Below, in pieces: positions 12,451-23,242 of a DNA stretch of 64,000 nt. The notes under the pieces are model-generated. The model saw only the letters and a list, made by a program, of their open reading frames with translations, was not told where the DNA came from and did no database searches. The position numbers and the translations under genes were made by a program. Location: positions 1,222,932 through 1,286,931 of the forward strand of contig NW_003314290.1 of the NCBI RefSeq assembly GCF_000143415.4. Direction: 5' to 3'. Source of the DNA: Selaginella moellendorffii (Eukaryota > Plantae > Lycopodiophyta). Positions within the stretch are counted from its first letter, which is position 1. Every line of letters starts with the position of its first letter.

Positions 12451-13900
12451 TTAATAATAATTTGATCTCCCCAGGAGATCAAAACTCATCTGAAATGACC
12501 TGCGATTCCTCAGACCCTTGATTATAACTTCAGGCTCGATGTCCTTGACCAGGTCCCACAGTTTCAGTTTGAGCCCGGTGACAGGCTTCTCCTTGAAGAA
12601 CACGTCCCCCCAGGAGATGGCAGGCTCCCCCTCGATCACAGATAAAGCCACGTAAAGGATCTGCTTCGCCTCCATCAACACCGCACCAGCATGCGGCTTT
12701 CCGTCAACCACAACGGATTTCGGGGAAGCATTCATTTTCCCCGTTGCTGAAACGCAACTCTCCCAGGCTATTTCCAGTTTAACATCGAGGCCGTCTCTCC
12801 GCTGCATACTACACACCACTGCCCACTCCCCACAGGCCATCAGAGCATCAACCTCGCACTCAACGTCCGGAATAACATTGCCCTAGTACATAGCCTTGGC
12901 ACTCGTCCACCTTCATATTCAGCACGGCTTCTATTTCGGCAGATAGTTGAGGGAGCAGAAGGTTCTCATGACTTGAAACAGATAGCCCTCTGTCATTGTC
13001 ACCTGTTGCTCAGTTACATTGGGAACCACTTGACCACGTAGATCGGCGCATAGCAACAACTGCGGATCCAGAAAGTCACACCTCTTGGAATTGGGACTTG
13101 ACCTGAGAATGTTTGCTGACTGCAGCTCACCCAGAGTATAGTCATCCACAGCCTCGGTAAGGGAATGATTGGCTACAATCCTTCTAACTCCGACCAGTTT
13201 GCTTCCTGATGGACCTGAAACCTCGTCCACAACATGGTATAGTGTATCCTGGAACGTGCGGCCCCCTGCATAATCAGCAAAGTTGTAGCCGCATACTAGG
13301 AACTTCCGGATGAAAGCTTCAGGATCCCATAACTCTTGCCGCGATTTCATGGCTCCAGCACTCCGACTGATGTAATGCATTCCCAATACAACCTCCATGC
13401 TTGGATCTGGAAGTTTAGCCCGAGAGAGTAAGCCTGATAACTGTGCGCCTTTATCGCGCACGTCTATTTCTCTCGAGAACCGAGAATGCCACGGTTCCAT
13501 CTTCCACAATCAGCTTATAGGCCATAACCAGATCTTATCTTGATGTATGTTCGGAAACTCGTCAATCCCCATAAAAGACAGTAACAAAACTATCTCGGCT
13601 TCTTGAAGGAAAGTCCTGCTCCCCTGAATGATAGAATACCACCCTGTCCTTCACACCACTCTTCTCAAACCGAAGACGTAGCATTTCCGCTGCCAAAGCA
13701 CAAGTTTTACCCTGTCTCCTCCTCCCTGATAACACTACAACTTTGGCCCCCCGGTCTGCTTTATCCGCTAAAACTTCCTTGTAATCCATTCGCCTCGATC
13801 TCATATACAACAGCCTTTACAATGTTCTCTGGGAAGTACTTGCAATATGGTACATGAAAATTTACTCCAGCTTTTTTGTATTTCGATATCTCACTCTCAA
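12451..13900 (-). pseudogene. Frameshifted P-loop NTPase + putative PD-(D/E)xK nuclease gene (Crinkler/CR-effector-like)
   Basis: Walker A VVVLSGRRRQGKTCALAA..RVVFY in 13810-13562. Collinear minus-strand ORFs 13509-12931 and 12840-12451. EVDAL...LMEAK motif near the C-terminus. Frameshifts and stops lie between the pieces. Confidence 0.5.
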
Positions 13901-14208
13901 CTTTTCAAGGATTTCTCTACAATGACATTGCCTGTTGTGGCCTTGACAACTACAATGGCTCCGTCCCTTGCTTGCCAAACGTTTCAGTGTGCGAGGACGC
14001 TGCACAGTAGTATCCCACAGGCTCCACTTACAAGCTCATCGCAGACAAGCTATGGTCTGGAAACATCAACGAAAGCTATCCCATCAACGTGAAAACTCTC
14101 CTCGGCCTTTGATCAATAAACCGTATTATTTATCGGTTTATGTTATTTTGGTTGTACTATAAAAACCCTTTTAGCATTAACACAAATCAGGGTTTGCGCA
14201 AAAGGGGC

Positions 14209-14808
14209 ATGGATAGTTTTGTGAGCAAAGCGCACAGTGGGATGCGGATTGAGAGGGAGCTCATCATCGATAACGATATACTCATGAGGGACGAGGGTCA
14301 GAAGAAAGATAGGGAGGTAACTCTCAAGAAGAGAGGACGCGACGAGAACGAAGAAGCCAAAGGTGGGAAGGCTATGATCAAGAGGACCAAAATGGACCAA
14401 CAGCTCCAAGACAAGGAAATCAAGGGGGAGCAAGAGGACCCTAAGGCTTGCTCTAGGGGTCCGATCATCGTCAAGATCAAACTCAATCCACCAAATAGTG
14501 TTCCTAATCCGGCAAAAGTAGAAGCCACTCGCAAGATCACGAGCAAGAAGCCCATGAGGAGAGAGGTCAAGGCCAAGATTCCCATGAGGAGGAAGGTCAA
14601 ATCCAAGGTGACCAAGCAATTAGAGACAAGTATGACAATGAAGATTGAGTGTGAGCCCGTCAACAAAGTTAAGGGCGGCAACAAGGTGGTAGTGCACACT
14701 AATGTGGGACGGGAGGCACCAGCTCAGTTCCTGAGCTTCAGTGACGCACCTAGAACCACTGCCCCAAAGGTCCAATGGAATCCATTGCGGCATGTAGCCA
14801 CTGTTTGA
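14209..14808 (+). CDS. Single-exon Lys/Glu-rich orphan ORF (about 199 aa), function unknown
   Basis: Open frame from ATG 14209 with GC-ending codons and an internal PMRR(E/K)VK repeat; no recognisable domain. Confidence 0.35.
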   Translation: MDSFVSKAHSGMRIERELIIDNDILMRDEGQKKDREVTLKKRGRDENEEAKGGKAMIKRTKMDQQLQDKEIKGEQEDPKACSRGPIIVKIKLNPPNSVPNPAKVEATRKITSKKPMRREVKAKIPMRRKVKSKVTKQLETSMTMKIECEPVNKVKGGNKVVVHTNVGREAPAQFLSFSDAPRTTAPKVQWNPLRHVATV

Positions 14809-17504
14809 TCGATCAACTTCTGTAAAACTTAAACTTAAGAAAAAGAAAAGGATTTTTCATTTCAATGTTCCCATGACATTCTCTTCTGATACTAAAGACA
14901 TCCAAGAGGGTTTGTGCCTCGAAGAAAATGCAAATCTTCCAATTTGCCAAGTCTCTCCCAGCACGTCAAGACATCCAAGATCTCAAACGCTTGGCTTAGT
15001 GACATGGTTCTACTTCACAAACGTAAGTTCTTTAGTTCTCTGATTTTTAAAATTCTTGACATCACATCCATTGCATCCATGGCCCAAGAGATGGATATTA
15101 GACTGTGAGTATACACCACTTTTAATTCTTCTCTCTGATTTAATTGTGTGTATGTAGGCAAAGAGTTGCTCTGGTAATAAACCCTAAATTTTGTATATCT
15201 GGGAGATTTAGTCAATGCTCAAGCATCCATTTGTGTTGCTAGCAAAAAATATTAGTATGAAGTCCCACTTTAATGATTTGTGTATATAATTTGTAGATAC
15301 ATTTATAGTATAATATTTTCCTAAAATCCTAAATTAGAAACTTATATAATTTTTATTTTAAATAAATTTTTTATGTATTTAGTATTGTAAAGTCTGTAAA
15401 TATATGTATGTATATATATGTATTACTCTGCCCATGTAATATGCTAATTATAGTTCTTAATCAGTGTAGCAGCTAAGCATTTGTAAATGCTATAGTAAAA
15501 ATTTATTGATGTTAATATCCTCATTAACAAACAGCCTCATTAAGCCAAAAAGGAACTAAATTTAAAAAATGAATCTATCAATCTTACCATTATAGAAACT
15601 AACTATTTCATGTGAGGTGAATTGATTATCTACCTATACTATAGTCCTACAAGAGATTCCTAAATACCCATGAAAATACAATTTCAATATAAAAAGGCAT
15701 ATTACAATTTTAATAGCTACAAATCAATAAAAATACAACTTGCTTAATATAGTGCATTTTATAATCTCTCTCCTCTCAAGTCAATTGGAAAAATTACTGA
15801 GCTTTATTGACTATTTTTTATTCCCATCAATTCTCCAAAGATTCCAAGATGTGGTGATAATATATTAAAATCTCATATTCAACCTAATATTTTAAATAAT
15901 TAATTTGTTTACTTTAACTCTTTTATTATTAATGTATTTACTATCTATTGACTAAAAAGTATTAGAAATTGAACCCCAAACCTCATCTCATAGAATTTGA
16001 ACTATACACATAAATGGGCATATGAGATTAGTATACCAAAATTAAATTTCTAAATTAGCTTAGGGTTGAATCAAATTAATTTCTAAAACCTATATAAAAG
16101 TAGACTTTTAAAGACTATATTCATAGTGTTCCACAAATTTATTTTTTATTCTCTATTATTTTAGTATTTTATTAGTAATTTCATTGTCTTATCTTCTCTC
16201 GACAACAAGCTCCTAAAAATTTGAACACTCTAATAAAAATAAATCCTCTTCTTTAACTCCAATATCAAATTTCTATACTCTGTATAAGTCATATGAAGTG
16301 TTGGAGAAATCCATTATAGTACTTCATTCACCAACTTCAGTAAATTATTGAGCACTAACAACAACTTTTTGGTTTAAAGCCAAAGATTGGTATGCCAAAA
16401 AAGTTTGATAATACATGGTTTGAGTTCTATGGCTTCCTTAATTAAGACAAGTTTTGAATTGCTATGCAATTTAGCAAATATTCCACTCTAACTTTTTGTA
16501 TAGGCCTGATTAAATCTCTTCTTATTAAGATGCCTCTTTTTTTATTTTTCACTCTTTTTAGAAAGAGTGATTGTATTTTTCAAGATTTCAATCCCTCTAT
16601 TCAACACTTCACAAGTGATATCAAGGCAAACTTTATTCATTAAGAGTTTACATTTTCTCATGGCATTCTCCTTCAACCAACTCAAAATCCAACTTATGCT
16701 AAGTTGACAAATCTTCTCTAGACTCATTATAGAGGTGACAAAATTTAGGATTAATTTCAAATTTTGCTAAGTTTGTAGCAATATTATTTCTATCCCAAAG
16801 ACTTTTATCATCCTCAATCTTTCTTAGTTTGACATATAAACTCTATAGTAGATTGGAAGTGATGTGAAATTAATCTTTCTCTTTTTTTGTTTATTCAATC
16901 TACAATTCTCACATTTCTTTATATAAGTTTTAAGATGCTACTTGTTAGGATTTTGATTGTGTCTTCACAATATAAGTATTACATTTTTTATTTTACTTTA
17001 ATCACTTAACCACACCAATGATCACTTGGAGAAATCTCACTCACAACTTTTATAAGTCCTCCTTCCAATTAAAGAGAAGCTTCAAGCCACCCTACATTTG
17101 CACTTTGTCCAATACTCCATATGTCTAATCCCACTTTAAACACCCAAAGGTATCACTGACATACTAACCACTTACTCTAAAGCCATATCTATACTCATTA
17201 TTTTAATGAAAATTTAATACCATTTGTATTATGATCTCATCCCTCAAAGACTAAACTATTATCCATGAGTAATCACCCTATAACTACTCTTTAGCATCTT
17301 TAGAATGCCCTAAGATATAAGGAAACACTATCCTCTAATATCCTTTTTTGATCCCACTAAGTCCTTCTTTGTCTATAGTAGTGTTTATTAACACCGGCAT
17401 AAGTCTTTAGTTACATTAACCTTCCCTACCCACATTGATTCCTTTGGAGTCTTCCCCCTATTATTCTATAATGACTTACCAAACCTTTAGAGTTTGATCA
17501 CTTT

Positions 17505-17750
17505 GGGCTTTCACCTTTGGATTTGGACTCGAACTTGGACTCAATCTCGAATTTAGTCTTGGGCACAATTTTGGATTCGGTTTTAAACTTAGTCTTAAGC
17601 TTGGTCTAGAACTTAGTTTGGGACTTGTTCTTAAACTCAGTCTTGGATTCAATCTCAAACTCAACCTTGGATTTAGTTTTGGACTCAGTCTCGAATTTGG
17701 TCTGGGACTTACTCTCGGACTTACTCTCGGACTCTCTCTTGGATTCAGTG
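17505..17750. repeat. Degenerate 12-bp-unit tandem array (ttggactcaatc/ttggatttagtt-like); diverged second copy at about 21060-21370
   Basis: Gives the periodic SPRLNPRL translation on the - strand; the flank gagtcttcccc...gatcactttgggctttcacc is shared with about 21065-21140. Confidence 0.8.
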
Positions 17751-17989
17751 TTGACACTTCTATATGTTATGATACTTATTATATGTCAGTTATTCTTTTG
17801 TCCCTTTTTAGAGACTTGCTTTTTAATCGGTTCATGCTCATTCCTCAAACAATTCTTTGGGAGTTACACTCCCATTCTTGATTTTCCAAGTTAGAATTTT
17901 TGGTCCAAATATGTTATATTTGTTAAACTTCCATTTTAGCCACTACCACATGATTTAGATCTGGCTCCACTTTGGGACTTAAGGATTTA

Positions 17990-18555
17990 TGTTTCACATA
18001 CAATTGTTATTCATGTAATGTTAACTTTATTTATTGGGATTAAATTCACTTTTTCTTCCAAGTAAGTTGATTTCAAGAATATTTTTTAAAGAGAAAAGTT
18101 GACATCTTGCCACTACATCAACTTTATGATTGCTCTATTGATTTTATAAAGGGGAAATGACCATCATTTGGTTTTATTTATAATCTTTCACCAATAGAGT
18201 TAAATATTTTATATACATATCAAAGAAAATCTTTCTAAAGGTTTTATATAGCATTTTTAGTCTTCAAATGGTGCATTTGTCTTTTTTAAGGATATGTCTT
18301 TTCATTTGGTTGTTGACTATTGTAGTCAGAATAAAGTTATTATTTCTAATTGAATCCATTTGCATTAATTCTTAAGATGTTAGAGTGGCTCTCTATCATA
18401 TAAAATTTAACTTGTCAAAGTTTAGCTAGTTGGATTTTAGTGCCAATGGGTATAAAGGATATCTCTAAGAGTTTTTTTCATATATCATTTAGTTTGTATA
18501 AGTTCTTGGTGATACCCTTTTATTTAAACAATGCTTAAACAACTTTTCAATGTAA
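17990..18555 (+). mobile_element. Decayed Ty3/gypsy (chromovirus/Tcn1-like) RT remnant
   Basis: Manual translation across stops and shifts: LPLHQLYDCSIDF..FGFIYNLSPIEL..YIKENLSKGFI..LVVDYCSQNKV..YKFLVIPFYLNNA*TTFQ. Confidence 0.75.
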
Positions 18556-18775
18556 ATCAAATGCTACTTAACTTAAATAAATGGAAAATTGCAATTGACT
18601 CTATAACACTTCAATAATGAAGTGACTATAGCATAATATTTTTCAAACAATATTCCAAAACCATGTCAATATATATGGAGTTTCTCAAAACCCCAAACTC
18701 ACAAACATGTTCCCCCCATATTCCCTTCAAATGGATCAAAATATCATCAATAAATATAATAATCACTCTATCATG
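18556..18775 (-). mobile_element. Collapsed remnant of the same gypsy family as the 59.6-63.9 kb element
   Basis: The reverse complement aligns by eye, in order, to about 61360-61420 (FIDD region), 61970-62055 (RNase H) and 62710-62755 (integrase). Confidence 0.65.
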
Positions 18776-19093
18776 ATAGGGCTTTTTCTATGGTTGACTA
18801 TTTCTTGGCTACTTGACTTTGTTAGGTGAAAGTTAGTGCTTTTGCTAATGCATTTACTGTTATTAAATACTTCCTTCTCAATCAAGTGGTATTTCAACAT
18901 TTTTTCTATAGTAGATTCTCTAGGACAATGATCTTATATTATAGTTAAGGTATTTTATATTTTAATATCTCAACTGAGGATACATCACACTTTGGAATTA
19001 TTTATCATCTATGATTTGGTGAAATGGCTCATTAGAATTTTCAGAGCTGGTGCTCATGGGATTGTACCAAACCCTCATTTCGCAGCGCAATAG

Positions 19094-21534
19094 GTGTAGC
19101 ACATCCTATTTCTTTCCCCTTAAGCCAACTGGAAAAAGGGCAATTGCTTGATGAAAGAGCCCTTAGTGGCTATTTTATCCTCATTTATCCATATAAATAA
19201 ATACGTATAATATTCCATATTTAATAAGTTTTGAACTTATCCCAGAGACTAACTCCTGGTACTAAGGGAGGCTTGGGGTGAAAGCCCAAAGTGTGTGTTC
19301 CTCAAAGGGGGGGAGGGGCCTCTAAATGTATACCAAGGATAGTGGTTGGAATGTATATCCAACCATCTAAGACATTAGTTTGGCTCCCGCTGGGCTGTGT
19401 CACTCTTTATTCTATGTTCGATTTGGGTTTAAACCCAAGCTCTAGTTGGTGGGGTTAGTATGCCAAAATTGTGCCAAACACCATCTAACACTATTTTGCG
19501 TGCAAGTGCTAGATACATAGAGCTGATGCTCGTGGGATTGTATTAGACCCTTGTTTCGCAACACAACAGATGTAACGTACCCTATCTCTCTAAGCCAACT
19601 GGAAAAGGGGTAATTGCATGATGAGAGAGCCTTTAGTGGCTATTTTATCCCTATTTATCCCCCAAAGTTCCAAGGATCCACAGTGACAGTATATCTAAAT
19701 CTCATCCCATGATCACATGCGCTACACTAGGCTTGAAGTTTGGCTCCAAATTCATGTTCATTACACCAATGCCAGAACTAGCACATAAATTGGAGCCAAA
19801 TGAAGTCTAATGCTATTTCTACATACTAGTGGCCTAATGTTATTTCTACTTACTAGTGGCCTAATGCCAAGATATGGGTATTCCACTAACTAGGATGGTG
19901 TGAAACTTGGGTTTAGAGCTAAACCAGACGCAAAATAAAGATCGGCATACAAGCAAAAGCTAAACTATACCTCAAGTTCATCAACCATGCCCAACCTACC
20001 CACTATATCTATTATGTATTTGGAACCCCCTACAACGTGTGTTCTCCCTTTTGAGAAATGCATGCTTTGGGCTTTCACCCTTAGTCATCTTTAGTACCAA
20101 GAGTTGGGACTAACTCGAAACTTACTAAATATGGAATGGTGATAGATTGCAAATTTGGATACAGGACTAACACCATTGTGTTCAGAACAATCTCTACATT
20201 CTGTAAATATGCTTAATTAACAAATTTAGACACTTTCTATAAATAGTAATTAAAACCGAATAGAACTAATATAAGGTGCATAATAGTAAAGGTGTTTAAC
20301 AGACACAGTAACATATCATCTAGTGATATTGCGGAACTAGTCTCAATATGCAAAGGTTCTTGTCAAGCTAATGCAATATAGATCAAAAGAGAACTAAGAG
20401 CTAGGCTAAGTGTGCTTAGCAAAAACATATAGGAGTTCCTACTTTATATTCATTTGGCTAAATACAGATGTTAAACCTAATTTACTAACACTTAAACAAT
20501 AGGGGTTGAAAGTGAACTAGCAATATCGACCTCATGCAATCGTGGCAGTAAAGGAAGAATATCCAAAAGGATTAGCCGACAAGTAATTTTCAATACCCAT
20601 AATCACATTCATGACACTCTCCCCCCCTTATGAAAGATTGACATCCTTGCCGATACAAACTCTAATTTAGACCACCACCAAGAAAATAACTCTAGAAAAA
20701 GTTCATAGTGCTCACACTATATGAAAAATGCACCAATGTGAATGAGTTAGGGTAACTTCTTTATTTAACGTAAATGTGCTACTAACTCAGACATCTTCCG
20801 GCTGTTACTGACAAGGAAATGACTAACAAAGTTAGCCACTCTTGTTACTCTGGGTGCCACCTAGCTTACAAAAGAGTGATATATCTCTGCCTGTAAGTGA
20901 CATAGGGAGGTAAAGCTAGTTTTTGAACACTTCACCAAATTACCTCACGTATCCATTTATATTCACTCTAGCCTTGGACTCTCTAATATTTATATCATCA
21001 TCCATCATGTGGATATAATATTTTTCAATCACACTAACCTTCTTTAGCCAAATTCATTTTACTAGAGTCTTCCCCCTGTTATCCTACAGGGACTTACTAA
21101 ACCCCTAGGGTTTAAGATCACTTTGGGCTTTCACCCTTAGACTTGAACTTGGATTGTAATTTGTGTTTAGGTCTGGGTCTTGGTTTTGTTTTTTGTCTTC
21201 ATTTTGGACTTTGTTTTAAACTCCTTCTTGGACTCATCTTAAACTCCTTTTTAAACTCCTTTTTAGGCTTTGTCTTGACATTTTCATATCACAATGCTTA
21301 CCATGTGTTGATATTTCTTGTGTCCCTCTTTAAAAGCTTATTTATTAATCACTTTGTGCTCATTCCTTAAATATATAGCACATTCTATCTCTTTCCCTTT
21401 AAATTAACTAAAAAAGAGGCAATTGCTTGATAAAAGAAGCCTTAGTGGTTATTTTATCCCCATTTATCCCCAAAATTCTAAAGATCCATGGTGATAATAT
21501 ATCTAAATCTTATCCCATGATCACATGCACTACA
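19094..21534 (+). repeat. About 160-bp dispersed element with TGTAGC...GCTACA-like ends (solo-LTR/TRIM-like); copies at about 19094-19190 (truncated), 19571-19726, 21374-21534, and a degraded copy at about 15780-15885
   Basis: Shared core taagccaactggaaaa...ttagtggctattttatcc...atctcatcccatgatcacatgc(g/a)ctaca. Confidence 0.65.
19222..20137. repeat. Long imperfect inverted repeat (arms about 19222-19445 and 19900-20137)
   Basis: attccatatttaataagtttt...ggtactaa...ggtgaaagcccaaag is mirrored by ctttgggctttcaccc...ttagtacc...aaacttactaaatatggaat. Confidence 0.7.
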
Positions 21535-23242
21535 CTCACCCTTTTAAAGATGTTAATATTCTCACCAAAGGGAATCAACATTTTTATTTCTACACTAAAT
21601 CTACCACTTCTTTCATTGTATAGACTATTTATTCCTATATTGGAGTTTGACAATCAATACCTTTGTTTGTGGATGCTTTATAAGAGGAAGAAGATATCCA
21701 ATATGTACAATTTCAAATTTAGGAGTAGGAATTTACCTCTATATATATATAAGAAAGGAATAAAAAAAAAACACAATCCCAACACTAGAACAAAGCATTA
21801 CTAAAAATCTTTCAGGGATAAATTATAATCTTTCCTCCACCAATGTGAGTGCTCAAGATATGAAAATAGGTATTAATTGGGGTTTAAACCCCTACTTATA
21901 TATAAGAATGGATGGACTAAATTTAATCCCAAATGGATTTAATAAGTGTTGATGTATTAGAGGACTACTCAATAAATGACTTTCAATATAACACATTGAT
22001 GAAACAAGCATATGGTCATGTATTAACCTCATTACATAAGATGTAAGATTTCTATAACTTAATGAACTATTATACTCTTTCTAATTGTATGAAACTTTAT
22101 TCACATAGAGGAATTATTTCCTTTGAAAAGGAGAGACTCCCTATAATTTTCTCTCTACATTTACATAATAAGTCTAGATGTGATGAAAAATGAGGTAATG
22201 ATTCCTAAAATATGGCACAACCATCATAACTATTCACTAAATAGTGAGGGTGGACTTTCCCCATGAACTTGTCAAAGATTCTATTAGAGATTTTAATTAA
22301 GAGTGACAAGATATTAGAGCTAGATTCCAAGTGCATAACAATGAGAAAAAGAAGAATATACACATGAAATCCTCTTGATAAGAGCAATTAAAACTTGAAA
22401 GAGTTCCTAGGTTTTAAACTCTCTTGGAACAACCATACATGGTGTTTTGCTATAATGACTATTTAGATGGGAGGATTTTTAAATCTAGTGGCATTGTTGC
22501 CATGATTGAAGTTAATGGCAAATAGAGATGATTTGATGTTACACAAGTAGAGGATCTATGTATCTATTCTCCAATACTTTTCTTTAATCCCTATGGCAAG
22601 GATAAATTTTTTTTGAAAATGAGCTAACACACTTTGTCTTGTATGGAAGATAAAGTAACACACTTCGGCCTTGAGTTAAAGGGTGTTCACATTTCATTTG
22701 GAGCTATGAGTTTGAATTATGTTGCAATTGAACACTACTTTGGCACCATAGTCACATTAAAAATGGAGTGCTCTATGGTGAATTTCATGCACCATAGATT
22801 GTAACAAGTGGCTTCAAGTCTTGTGATGGAATCAATTGGGAGATAAGAGGCTCAAAAAAGTAGCATTGGGCTTTTGTGATTATAATAGTTGTGCATTTTT
22901 TGTGTTATTTTAGTCTTTATAAAACTTTTAACATATATATTTCATCTCCAAATGATTTATTCCTCCCCTTTTCTTTCTTTGTATTGAGAATTCTTTTTAA
23001 AAATAATGCTGTCACTATTAACCAGTCCCTTAATTGTAGTAGGCTAGAAATCTTCTAAAAAAGTGTTGAAATCCCTGAATTTGCCGCTCTCAAATCCCAT
23101 TAATTAAAAGTTGGCCATTGGATCTCTTTCGTTCAACTGCCACTGTCGTTTTGAGTATAATGCTCTCTTTTTGCAAAGAAATGTTAACTGGCAGTTTTCT
23201 CTAGGGTGTGAAAGGTTTAGGGTTCTTGGTGGCACGCTCTGT

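Larger units (their letters stand above)
15200..23050. mobile_element. AT-rich field of nested, decayed transposable-element remnants
   Basis: Sharp drop in GC and CpG content, no genes, dispersed direct and inverted repeats, recognisable RT fossils. Confidence 0.8.

Noticed and set aside
16230-17330. Short minus-strand frames that could be transposase or integrase relics
   Set aside because: Too degraded to assign a motif confidently; left within the general TE field.
17505-17750. Possible CRISPR-like or coding repeat array
   Set aside because: Contiguous degenerate 12-mers with no unique spacers, no cas genes and a eukaryotic context.
21427-21804. 125-aa AT-rich ORF
   Set aside because: Begins inside a repeat copy; low-complexity chance frame.
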